From positions 38,006,001 through 38,070,000 of the forward strand of contig OZ024754.1 of NCBI GenBank assembly GCA_964016885.1: DNA of 64,000 bases, read 5' to 3'. The position numbers were made by a program, and so were the translations under genes. The notes under the pieces are model-generated. The model saw nothing but the letters and a program-made list of their open reading frames with translations, was not told the origin of the DNA and searched no databases. How positions within the stretch are numbered: position 1 is the stretch's first letter; every line of letters starts with the position of its first letter. The stretch is from Eledone cirrhosa (Eukaryota). Of this stretch, positions 28,658-43,200 are shown piece by piece.

Positions 28658-28885
28658 TTACATATATACATATATATATATATATTTACATATATACATA
28701 TATATATATATATTTACATATATACATATATATATACATATATATATACATATATATATACATGTATATATACATGTATATATACATATATATATACATA
28801 TATATATACATATATATATACATATATATTTACATATATATATATACATATATATATACATATATATATACATATATATATATAC

Positions 28886-28932
<47 letters not shown>

Positions 28933-29063
28933 CATATATATATATACATATATATATACATATATATATACATATATATATATATATACATATATATATA
29001 CATATATATACATATATATACATATATATATACATATATATATACATATATATGAATACACAC

Positions 29064-29106
<43 letters not shown>

Positions 29107-29800
29107 TACATACATACATATATTCGCCATTTTAGATTTACAAATTAGTCCTCATTTAAAATCATTCAGACTAAGGCATACACTCTGATGTATAGTTGTC
29201 TCTGAGTATTCCTCTGAAGGAATAATTATTCCATTAATGGTAAATTTTGTTCGCTGTTGTATGGAGGTACATGACTTAGTGGTTAGAGCATTGGCCTTGC
29301 AATCGAAAGGTTGTGAGTTCAATTCTCAGACCAGGTGATGTGTTGTTTCCTTGAGCAAGACACTTTATTTCACATTGCTCCAGTTTACTCAGCTGTAGAA
29401 ATGAGATTATAGGGACTGGGGTCCCTATCATTCCACTGCAAAGTGGTCGTGGAGGTGCCATGGCAAAAAAAAAAAAGCACCCAGCCCACACTGTAAAGTG
29501 GTCGTGGAGGTGCCACGGCAAAAAAGCACCCAGCACTCACTGTAAATGAGGTTGGTGTTAGGAAGGGCATCCAGCTGTAGAAATCAAGCCAGAATCAGTT
29601 CCCGTCCCACCCTTGCAAGCAGGGAAAAGCTGACGTAAAATGATGATGATGATGATGATGATATGTATATCAGCACACAAGACGTGTGTGCTGATACTCA
29701 TTTTTTTTTTCAGTTCAGTTGGTTTACATGCCTCATTATTAGACTAGATTATTTAAATATACACATATACACATAAATATATATATACATACACACATAT

Positions 29801-29837
<37 letters not shown>

Positions 29838-30296
29838 CATACACACACACATATATATATATATACATACACACACATATATACAGACACATACACATAT
29901 ATATATATATACACACATATATGTGTACATACACACACATATACACATATATATATATATACATATACACATATATACACACACACTACACATATATATA
30001 TATATATACATACACACACATATATATACATACACACATATACATATATATACATACACATGCACACACACACACATATATATATATACATACACACACA
30101 TGTACATACATACACACACTTGTATATATATATATATATATATATATCAAATGAAAAAACAGAGTTAAAAAATCTCGTTAAACCCCAGTAATTTAATGAG
30201 CTCAAGGAATAGGTACCAGGCTCTTCATAATACAATATATATAGAAGAAAACACAAAAGGGTATGTTTTCTAAAACATACCCTTTTGTGTTTTCTT

Positions 30297-30329
<33 letters not shown>

Positions 30330-33300
30330 TATATATATTATTGGTGATTGGGTAGTGTATTGCTTATAAAAGTGGCAATAACATTTTGGTCAGGGTGAAA
30401 ATCTGAAATTACATTGATGCAATTTGATTTCTCACAAATTGTATTAACCCTTTAGCATTCACATTACTCTATATATAGTTATATTTTCATGATAAAGGCT
30501 TTATCTCACATAATTATTTCACATAACATTCACATTACTCTATATATACTATTATATTTTCATGATAAAGGCTTTATCTCACATAACATTCACATTACTC
30601 TATATATACTATTATATTTTCATGATAAAGGCTTTATCTCACATAACAATCACATTACTCTATATATACTATTATATTTTCATGATAAAGGCTTTATCTC
30701 ACATAACAATCACATTACTCTATATATACTGTTATATTTTCATGATAAAGGCTTTATCTCACATAATATCTCACATAACATTTACATTACTCTATATATA
30801 CTGTTATATTTTCATGATAAAGGCTTTATCTCACATAATATCTCACATAACAATCACATTACTCTATATATACTGTTATATTTTCATGATAAAGGCTTTA
30901 TCTCACATAATTATCTCACATAACATTCACATTACTCTATATATACTGTTATATTTTCATGATAAAGGCTTTATCTCACATAACATTCACATTACTCTAT
31001 ATATACTATTATATTTTCATGGTAAAGGCTTTATCTCACATAATTATCTCACATAACATTCACATTACTCTATATATAGTTATATTTTCATGATAAAGGC
31101 TTTATCTCACATAATTATCTCACATAACATTCACATTACTCTATATATAGTTATATTTTCATGATAAAGGCTTTATCTCACATAACATTCACATTACTCT
31201 ATATATACTATTATATTTTCATGGTAAAGGCTTTATCTCACATAACATTCACATTACTCTATATATAGTTATATTTTCATGGTAAAGGCTTTATCTCACA
31301 TAATTATCTCACATAATTATCTCACATAATATCGAATCTATGAGATTTTGAAAGTATTTATTTTGAGAACAATACCTTAACATCAGTATGAGTGGCTAGT
31401 TACAGCCAGTTTCAACAGAAAGCGGTAGAGAATTCTGGCCGGTTTATGTCAGTGTAAGTTGATATCAATTACACAGCACATTTCTGCACACATACACCAT
31501 AGGGAAAGGGAAGGGGGCAGAATATCTGCTAGTAATAACAATGGTTTCTGATATAGGCACAAGGCCAGCAATTTTGGGAGAAGGGAAAGTCGATTAAATT
31601 GACCCCAGTGCATGACTGGTACTTTAAGGATGAAAGGCAAAGCTGACTTCAGTAGGATTTGAACTCATAACATAATGGACCATAACTCTATGCTACGAAG
31701 CATGGTGTCCAACGCTCTACTGATTCTGCCAACGATGTTATACAACATAAAATTAAATAGTTGAATGAAACTGATCAAAGCATGGATTAAAATGATATCA
31801 GTAATTAACTAATTAGAAATTAACTGATTAGAAAAAGAAAATACCTTCAAGTAGAAAAAATACTAATGAGCCAAGAAAGGTACTTCTATAAGCATTTGAC
31901 TTGCTCAATATCACAGCTAAATGCCACCTGCTTCTCGCACTATTTTTGAAATAGGAAACTTATCACCATTATTCCACTTTTCCATGCCAGCATAGGTTAA
32001 ACAAGACTTTTCTTTTGGGGGATAAATGGACGGGTGGTTATGGTTGGGTGCCTTTCCTGATGCCAAATCTTTTTGTTACCTCCCTTGACATGCAAGAATT
32101 CAATATACTAATACTGAAAACTGGGAAATACACAGTATTGTTTGTATACTTAAAATCTTAAATCTGTGGATAAGTTCTGCTTCCCACAACCACAAAAAAA
32201 TACAAATATCTTGCTCAACGTTAGCTGCTACTTAACAATAACAACCATCAAATAATTTAGAGAGACTAATTTCAGCTGACAAAGAATTGTTTGAGATTGC
32301 TAAAAATGGTAACTAAATCACCTCCAGATCACACCTTATTGTCTCAGAAAAAAGTAGATAATTTAGTCCTAGATACATGTCTGAAAGAAAACACCATGGG
32401 ATGACAATAGCTTCAGCTCATTTGACAAAGATTGCTGAAGTTATTTTTTCATTTAATTAAATTGTTTTTAAATTAAAAATTGAAATAAAATTAAATAATG
32501 AAGCATCCACAAGGGATGAAAAGAGAAACATTTTTTTTCTCTCTCTCTAAAATATAGCAATAATTAAACAGGTGAGAATAAGGTAAAATATTACTTGCAG
32601 CCTTTCAGGTAACAAAATAGGCGTACCTGCGAAAAAGACCATAGGAGCTGGTTATCTTATAAGGTGCTGCCAGCCTGTACATATCATAGATATCTTTGGA
32701 AAGGGATCTGTGTACTGAGCCGACAACACGGGAATAGGGAACCTAGAAAAACAGAAATTAGAACATCTATGTGGACAATGTCATTTGTTTGTTACTTCTT
32801 ATTGGGGGATGAGGGTTAAATCCCCACCAACATCAACACCACTTTCTAGTTCCCTCTTAAACAATAAATAATTAAAGAGTTTAGGAACCAATGCTGTGTA
32901 TAGTTTTTTTCTAGGTTCTGAGGAATCACTGGTTCACTACATTTCCAGCGACAAAGTTGTGTTTGTAAAACTTGGTGGAGAACAGAGATCAACAAGAGAC
33001 TTAGTATTGTTTCTTTGCTAATTAATATAGGTCATATCTTTATTAGAGTCCCCCCCCCCCTTAGTTTTTAGAATAGGTGCACTGATTTCATATATGTTGT
33101 AAGGGACAACTGAAAAGGTTTATGTTAGAAAGAGTATCTAGCTGGAAAACATTGCCTCAAACCATCTCATCTAAACACCCATGCCAGCATAAAAATGTGG
33201 AGAGAAAAAATAATTGTTTCTACTTTAGGCACAAGGCCAGCAATTACCCAGTGCATTACTGGTACTTTATTTTATCGACCCCGTAAGTGAACCTCGGCGG

Positions 33301-33420
33301 GATTTGAACTCAGATCGTAAAGGGACGTAACTATGCTGGAAAGCATGGCGTCCGACCCTCTACCGATACTGCCAATCCAAAAAAATAATGAAGATGGTGA
33401 TGATATTGTGTATATGTATG

Positions 33421-33468
<48 letters not shown>

Positions 33469-34908
33469 CTAAAGATAGTTACTTTAGATCATCTCTATTT
33501 ATTTTATTATACATACTAGCAGAAAAACCACCGTTCAGGTGGTTTTTCTGCCAGCATGTGTAGTGTGTATATTGATATTATACGCAAGTATATATACATG
33601 TAGATATGATACATCAAATAAAATCGTAATTGACAATATACACAGAAATTGAACGAAGACTGCGTTACACTGTCTTATGTAATCAGTAACGTAATCCATG
33701 ATACATTTAAAAAAGATGATATTATATATAAACTGCATCAGGAGAACATTAGTGACGGAAATATATGAATGTTTATTTAAGCGATCGTTAACCGGAAGTG
33801 TTGACATTTGAAAATTTTAAAGAAGTGAATCTTTAAATAACCAATAAAATATATCTAATCAAGAGTTACGAAATTTATTACATAAATTATGTAATATTTA
33901 TTCATTATTTATTCAAAGTAATCCATCTTATTTTACAGTTGGGGTAAAAAAAATATATTCTGGACACAGTCCCACACTCCTTTCTTTATTATAGTTAAGA
34001 TTTCGAAGAGGCAAGGCTTATGTATAACATAATCTAAAACATGTTCTCGTCAGACAAAATGCATAGAAGATGCAGGATTCTTTTCATATAATGGTGGTCA
34101 AATGAACTGGACAGATCGGTGACAACCAAGCATATGATTAGAAAAAAACCCCAACACAGAAGATGTTACGTAAGTGGGGAAAAAATCCAATTGGACTTAA
34201 CGTTTTTATAAATCAACTAACTCTTTTTCATTGAACAATATATATATATAAATATATTAACTATGGAGGCACATGGCTTAGTGGTTAGAGCATTGGCCTT
34301 GCAATCGAAAGGTTGTGAGTTCAATTCTTAGACCGGGTGATGTGTTGTTTCCTTGAGCAAGACACTTTATTTCACATTGCTCCAGTTTACTCAGCTGTAG
34401 AAATGAGATGATAGGGACTGGGGTCCCTATCATTCCACTGCAAAGTGGACGTGGAGGTGCCACGGAAAAAAAAGCACCCAGCACTCACTGTAAATGAGGT
34501 TGGTGTTAGGAAGGGCATCCAGCTGTAGAAATCAGGCCAGAGTCAGTTCCCGTCCCACCCTTGCAAGCAGGGAAAAAGCGGACGTAATATGAAATGATGA
34601 TGATGATGATGATGATTAATATGAGTCGGGAGCTAATGGCTATGAAACTAGCTGTTGAAATGACAAGGGCTCAGCCACCAGATCCTACCTCTTTGTAATA
34701 TGATTATACTCTACTACCCTAAATATCGAGAACTCTGTTGGAAAAAGGAATTATTAAAGATCTTGTTTGAAAGCTTGTCTGTTTCTTTTTTTTAAACATG
34801 ACATAGATAAAGAGGAAGGGTCACACCCACGACTTTTTCTTAGGGTCTCCATGACTGGTGGAAGAAGAGAGAAAGTGGAAGAGAGACAAGTTCAGCACAG
34901 CTAGGTTT

Positions 34909-34953
<45 letters not shown>

Positions 34954-37766
34954 ACTATAACAACAACAACAATAATAATAATAATGAATATGACTCCTAA
35001 TCTAGACACAAAGCCAACAAAGTGTGGGGAGAGGAAAGTTGATAATATCAACCCTTGGTACATTACTGGTACTTTATTTTATCGACCCTGGGTGGATAAA
35101 AGAACAATAATAAATATGTTTCTACTTTTGGCACAAGGCCAGCAAATACCCAGTGCATTACTGGTACTTTATTTTATCAACCCCGTCAGGATAAAAAGCA
35201 AAGTTAACCTCGGCGGGATTTGAACTCAGACCCTAAAGGGACGTAGCTCTATGCTGGCAAGCATGGCGTCCGACCTTCTACCGACAATAATAATAATAAT
35301 AATGGTTTCTTATATAGGCACAAGGCCAGACATTTTGGGAGAGGGTAAGGTCGATTAAATCGACCCCAGTGCGTGACTGGTACTTTATTTTATCGACCCT
35401 GTGAGGATGAAAGGCAAAGTTAACCTCGGCGGGATTTGAACTCAGTCCGTAAAGGGACGTAACTCTATGCTGGAAAGCATGGAGTCCGACCATCTACCGA
35501 TACTGCCAAAATAATAATAGCTTCTAATTTAGGCACAAGGCCAGCAATTTATGGGGGAGCGGACACCAACCACAGTCTTAAAGTAATAGTTTATGTATGA
35601 ACTGTTGTCGACTGTTCTATATGTAGTAAATAATACTAGTCACATGAGCTGACAATGCTCCCACCACTACCACAACCACTAGTAGTAGTAGTAGTAGTGG
35701 AAATATAGAGATATGGAAACCACTACCACAACCACCAGTAGTAGTAGTAGTAGTAGTGGAAATATAGAGATATGGAAACCACTACCACAACCACTAGTAG
35801 TAGTAGTAGTAGTGGAAATATAGAGATATGGAAACCACTACCACAACCACCAGTAGTAGTAGTAGTAGTGGAAATATAGAGATATGGAAACCACTACCAC
35901 AACCACTAGTAGTAGTAGTAGTAGTGGAAATATAGAGATATGGAAACTACTACCACAACCACCAGTAGTAGTAGTAGTAGTAGTGGAAATATAGAGATAT
36001 GGAAACTACTACCACAACCACCAGTAGTAGTAGTAGTGGAAATATAGAGATATGGAAACTACTACCACAACCACCAGTAGTAGTAGTAGTAGTGGAAATA
36101 TAGAGATATGGAAACCACTACCACAACCACCAGTAGTAGTAGTAGTGGAAATATAGAGATATGGAAACTACTACCACAACCACCAGTAGTAGTAGTAGTA
36201 GTGGAAATATAGAGATATGGAAACCACTACCACAACCACCAGTAGTAGTAGTAGTGGAAATATAGAGATATGGAAACTACTACCACAACCACCAGTAGTA
36301 GTAGTAGTAGTGGAAATATAGAGATATGGAAACCACTACCACAACCACCAGTAGTAGTAGTAGTGGAAATATAGAGATATGGAAACTACTACCACAACCA
36401 CCAGTAGTAGTAGTAGTGGAAATATAGAGATATGGAAACCACTACCACAACCACCAGTAGTAGTAGTAGTGGAAATATAGAGATATGGAAACTACTACCA
36501 CAACCACCAGTAGTAGTAGTAGTGGAAATATAGAGATATGGAAACCACTACCACAACCACCAGTAGTAGTAGTAGTGGAAATATAGAGATATGGAAACTA
36601 CTACCACAACCACCAGTAGTAGTAGTAGTAGTAGTGGAAATATAGAGATATGGAAACTACTACCACAACCACCAGTAGTAGTAGTAGTAGTAGTGGAAAT
36701 ATAGAGATATGGAAACCACTACCACAACCACCAGTAGTAGTAGTAGTGGAAATATAGAGATATGGAAACCACTACCACAACCACCAGTAGTAGTAGTAGT
36801 GGAAATATAGAGATATGGAATGAATGAATGTAAGAAAGAAGGATTTTAGAAAGGAATGAATACAGAAAGATAGCAGTGAAGGTGGAAATATGGAATGGAT
36901 GCTTGAAGAATGGAAAGAAAGAAATAAAGAAGAAATTAGGAGAAATAAGAATAAACACGTACCAGACTGATGGCAAACATACTAGCTGCAAGAATAGCGA
37001 TTATTGTTACTCCAGCCGAAGATAAGACTTTACGTAACAGTCCTTTCTCATTCTTCCAACACCTGAAACAGTAACAAAATATAGTAGGCACCTCTTAACC
37101 AAATATACACCCCAACCAACTTCCCCTACTCCATCCTCCCACTCCCACCACCCTTTCTCTTTAAAGTTAAGTTGGTACCACAACATCCAGTCCAAACTAA
37201 TAAGATATCGAGATTGAGATCGTGTAGGTGTCACGACAAAAAAACACACAGTCCACGCTGTAATGTGGCCGTGTAGGTAACACGGTAAAAAGTTCCCAGT
37301 TCCACACTGTAAACGTGGTTGGTGTTAGGAAGGGCATCCAGCTGTAGAAAACCTGTCAGATAGTCCTATACGAGCAAGACAACCAATCTTGCCTCAAGTG
37401 GGACAACTCCCGTCTAACTCATGCTAGCGGGGAAGATGGACGTTAATTGATGATGATGATATGCCTCCTCTACTTCAGTAAGTTGTAGTAATTTAGAGTA
37501 TGCTGATGATGGATTAATAACTGTTGTAATATATCATCATTATCATCATCCTCGTTTAATGTCTATCTTCCACGCTAGCATGAGTTAGACGGGAGTTGTC
37601 CCACTTGAGGCAAGATTGATCGGGTGACCGTGTCTTGCTCGTATAGGACTGTATCTGGCAGGTTTTTTACAGCTGGATGCCCTTCCTCACACCAACCACA
37701 TTGACAGTGTGGACTGGAGCCTTTTTACCGTGGAAGATAGACATTAAACAATGATGATGATGATGA

Positions 37767-37812
<46 letters not shown>

Positions 37813-39761
37813 CATTATCGTTTAACAATCATTTTTCCACACTAGACGATTTAGGCATTGGGTCAGGTGACCATGTCTTGCTCACACAGAACCGTTTCTG
37901 GCTTGGATTCTATGGCTGGATGCCCTACCTAACATCAACCACATTTAGATATAATATATATATACACACACATACTTATTTCAAAATACATACCCTCATC
38001 ATTTTTACGTAAATTTTTCATACGCTGGTGTGGATTGGACAGGGCTTTCTGAGACGATGTTCTACAGCATGACACCCTTTCTGACACTAACCCTTTGTAG
38101 TTGCTTCATAGGTCATGCAGGGTTATGGTGTACCTATTCTTCTAAGCCAGACAGACACACACATCATCATGGAATCTGATGAATTCACCACTTACTTCCT
38201 CCAATAAAAAGCACCCCCAACACCTACCACTCCAACTTCACTCTCCACAAAAAAAAAAAAAAAATATGGGTTAAAAAATAAAAACTTAATTACCTGACAA
38301 AAGAAATGAGCACTTCAATAGCTAAGGCCACTGCCCCAATATACATCGAGATAGGGACAACTGTAGACAGAATGTCAGTAAGATCTTTCTTCGTAAAAGC
38401 TGAAAATTGGAAATTTACAAAAAATAGAACAATTACAAGATACAAGAAAAAAGGCATTGTTGTAAATACAACCATGGCCATCACCATTTTTGTATAAACA
38501 GGTTTATCTATCTATCTTTACGTCATCTATCTAGAAGAAGGAGGCAAAGAAGGAGAAGAAGAACAAGAAGGCAAAGAAGGAAGCGAAGAAGAAGAACTAG
38601 AACAAGAAGAAAAAGAAGAAAGCAAAGGAGAAGAAGGAGGCAAAGAAGAAGAAGAAGAAGAAGGCAAAGAAGAAGAAGAAGAAGAGGAAGAAGAAGGAGG
38701 AGGCAAAGAAGAGGAAGAAGAAGGAGGAGGCAAAGAAGTAGAAGAAGAAGGCAAAGAAACAGCAGCAATCTATTTACCTATTTGTGTTTTAAGTGAGGTG
38801 TAGCCTGGTCCAAATCGCAGGGTGAATCCAAACACCAATACGTAGATAATAAAGACATAGACAGCAATTGTAATAATCCAGTCTGCCATTCGATTCAACA
38901 AGGACTTAGCTTCAGCTGGGTGACCTGCAATAAAAGACCAATCTTAACTATAATAAAGTAAGGAGTGTGGGACTGTGTCCAGAATATATTTTTTTATCCC
39001 ATTTGTAAAATAAGTTGGATTACCTTCAATAAATAATGAATGAATATTACATAATTTATCTGCTAAATTTCGTAGCTTTTGATTAAATATATTTTATTGC
39101 TTATTTAAAGATTCACTTCTTTAAAATTTTCAAATGTCAACACTTCCGGTTAGCGATCGCTTAAATAAGCATTCATATATTTCTGTCACTAATTTTCTCC
39201 TGATGCAGTTTATATATAATATCATCTTTTTTAAATGTATCATGGATTACATTACTGATTACATAAGACAGTGTAACGCAGTCTTCGTTCAATTTCTGTG
39301 TATATTGTCAATTACGATTTTATTTGATGTATCATATCTACATGTATATATACCTGCGTATAATATCAATATGCACACTACACAAAGGGTGGTTTTTCTG
39401 CTAGTTATGCTTAATGTCAGAGAGAAATATCCACACTGGGTATCTAAAAATCTAAAGTCTGTCTCGAGCCCAAAGGCTCATCAGGCCAGAGTTTATCCAG
39501 GTTTCAACGGGTGTTACGCCCAGAGCAATTTTGCTCCGGACATAACACCCGTGTCTGAAAGAACCTGCAGAAGTAGAATCTGCCAGATCCATACAAGGAC
39601 CATGACTCGAGCTACCAGCTGGCGAAACATTTGTAACACGAAATAAACTAAGTCCAGATGCAGCACTGATTTTTCGTTTTCTTTATAATATCTTTATAAT
39701 ATATATATATATATATATACATAAATATAAATACATACACACACATATATAATATATATAT

Positions 39762-39798
<37 letters not shown>

Positions 39799-39941
39799 CA
39801 CATATATATATACATACACACATATATATACACATACACACATATATATATACACATACATATATATACATATACACATACATATATATACATATACACA
39901 CACATATATATATACATAAACACACACATATATACATACAC

Positions 39942-39973
<32 letters not shown>

Positions 39974-40187
39974 CATCATCATCATCATCGGGTTTAGCGT
40001 CCATGTTCCACGCTTGCATGGGTTTGGACGGAGGTTTTCCCACTTGAGGCAATATATATATATACATACATACATACACACACACACATATATACATACA
40101 TATACACACACACACATATATACATACACATATATATATACATATACACACACATACATATATACATACACATATATATATACATAT

Positions 40188-40218
<31 letters not shown>

Positions 40219-43200
40219 CACATGCACTAGAAGGCTTCGCTGTAACTTTTTGACTGAATAATATAGTCTAATCACAGGGTATATAAACCCACTGACCAGA
40301 AAAAGATTGGTATCAGCAGACATGGGAATCGAACCCACAGCTCTTGTTTGTCGGACAAGTATGCTACCATAACACCAATGAACCCACACAGCTGTTTCCT
40401 TATTTTTAGGAGCTATAACTTAATAGCAATATGTAAACAAAGGAGATATGTTCAGAAAGCAGCAAGCGGAGTTTGAAAATTGAAATAGAAGGCTTCACCA
40501 TAGCTATTTGACTAAATAAGTCTAATAAACCTACTGTGGGTTTATATACCCTGTTATTAGACTTTTGTTTTTAGTAAAAATCTTATGCCAAAGCCTTTTG
40601 TTTCAATTTCAAAATATGTAATGGGCTTCCTACATTTTCCATTTACCAAATTCTGTGACAAGGCACTAGTCTGCTGAGGGCTATAGTGGAAGACACTAGA
40701 CTATTGTGCCATGTAGTGAGACTAAATCTAAAGCAAACTTCTTAACCACACAGCCCTGACTGCAGCATTTACATATACACACAGTCATGTCTGCACAATA
40801 TACACCATATACACACAGCCATGTCTACACCATATACACACAGCTATGTCTGCACCATATACACCATATACACACAGCTATGTCTGCACCATATACACAC
40901 AGCCATGTCTGCACCAGATACACCATATACACACACAGCCATGTCTACACCATATACACACAGCTATGTCTGCACCATATACACCATATACACACAGCTA
41001 TGTCTACACCATATACACACAGCCATGTCTACACTATATACACCATATACACAGCCATGTCTACACAATATACACCATATATACACAGCCATGTCTACAC
41101 CATATACACAGCCATGTCTACACCATATACACCATATACACACAGCAATGTCTACACCATATACACAGCCATGTCTACACAATATACACCATATACACAC
41201 AGCCATGTCTACACAATATACACACATATTTTAAGCAGCTGCCATAAAACATTATAATACTTACCCGCTCGTTTTTTGAAAAAGTTGTCATCCACAAGTG
41301 AAAGACAGAGTACAACCGTAAGTAAATTGAAGAAGTTATAGTTTCCAGTTAATATTATCAACAGTTGAAGAAGAACCTGACAAGAGAGAAATTATTGAGA
41401 GGAAAACTGAACAGAAATCAGTGAATGTGAATCAGATGTAAGTGTGCTAGAGAGAAGACTGCATTGGTATGGACATGTGATGTGTACAAATGATGAGTGT
41501 TGGGCGAAAGAAGTGCCAAGGTATACCAGTAGAATGAAGATGCAGTAGAAGAAAGGAAGAGCTGGCCAGAGGTGTAGTGAGAACTGATCTTAAGATACTG
41601 AATATCACAAAGAAGTACCAAGGTATACCAGTAGAATGAAGCTGCAGTAGAAGAAAGGAAGAGCTGGCCAGAGGTGTAGTGAGAACTGATCTTAAGATAC
41701 TGAATATCACAAAGAAGTACCAAGGTATACCAGTAGAATGAAGATGCAGTAGAAGAAAGGAAGACCTGGCCAGAGGTGTAGTGAGAACTGATCTTAAGAT
41801 ACTGAATATCACAAAGAAGTACCAAGGTATACCAGTAGAATGAAGATGCAGTAGAAGAAAGGAAGACCTGGCCAGAGGTGTAGTGAGAACTGATCTTAAG
41901 ATACTGAACATCACAGAGAAGTACCAAGGTATACCAGTAGAATGAAGATGCAGTAGAAGAAAGGAAGACCTGGCCAGAGGTATAGTGAGAACTGATCTTA
42001 AGATACTGAACATCACAGAGAAGTACCAAGGTATACCAGTAGAATGAAGATGCAGTAGAAGAAAGGAAGACCTGGCCAGAGGTGTAGTGAGAACTGATCT
42101 TAAGATACTGAACATCACAGAGAATATGATGAAGAAACCAACCAAATGGAGGGAAACATTGCTGTAAAGAACCCATCCAAACCATGTAAGCATCGAAAAA
42201 CAAATGTAAAAGGCAATGACTATACATGCATGTATGGTCCTGTAACACCTGATGGACTTGTAGGGGTGCCTAATTGAATACAGCATTTCTAGGGCATTTT
42301 TACAACCTGTAAATATGCCCTAGAAATATTTAAATATTGTGAAATGTATGTATGAAATGTACATATTATGAAATGTAGATATTATAAAATGCCCATATTA
42401 TTATGAAATATACAGATGAAATGTGTATATTGTAAAATGTACATATTGTAAAATGTAGATATTGTGAAATGTACATATTATGAAATGTAGATATTGTGAA
42501 ATGTAGATATTGTGAAATGTACATATTATGAAATGTAGATATTGTGAAATGTACATATTATGAAATGTAGATATTGTGAAATGTAGATATTGTGAAATGT
42601 ACATATTATGAAATGTAGATATTGTGAAATGTACATATTATGAAATGTAGATATTGTGAAATGTAGATATTGTGAAATGTACATATTGTGAAATGTACAT
42701 ATTATGAAATGTAGATATTGTGAAATGTAGATATTGTGAAATGTAGATATTGTGAAATGTACATATTATGAAATGTAGATATTGTGAAATGTAGATATTG
42801 TGAAATGTAGACATTGTGAAATGTACATATTATGAAATGTAGACATTGTGAAATGTAGATATTGTGAAATGTAGATATTGTGAAATGTAGATATTGTGAA
42901 ATGTAGATATTGTGAAATGTACATATTATGAAATGTACATATTATGAAATGTAGATATTGTGAAATGTACATATTATGAAATGTAGATATTGTGAAATGT
43001 ACATATTATGAAATGTAGATATTGTGAAATGTAGATATTGTGAAATGTACATATTATGAAATGTAGACATTGTGAAATGTAGATATTGTGAAATGTACAT
43101 ATTATGGCAACTTAAGAGCAACATATGATATCCTGCTCTGAATTAGTTTCCTAAATTATTGTTTTGATGAAGGGATTTTATCCTGAAATATTAAAGACAA

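Noticed and set aside
33535-33807. Repeated [22 protein letters not shown] (also 39134-39646) as a duplicated small gene
   Set aside because: It lies inside the non-autonomous Helitron-like repeat; similarity reflects repeat copies.
39455-39495. CTGATGAGCC...GGCTCGAGAC on the minus strand as a hammerhead
   Set aside because: No GAAA and no stem I; it looks like a retroposon tail hairpin.
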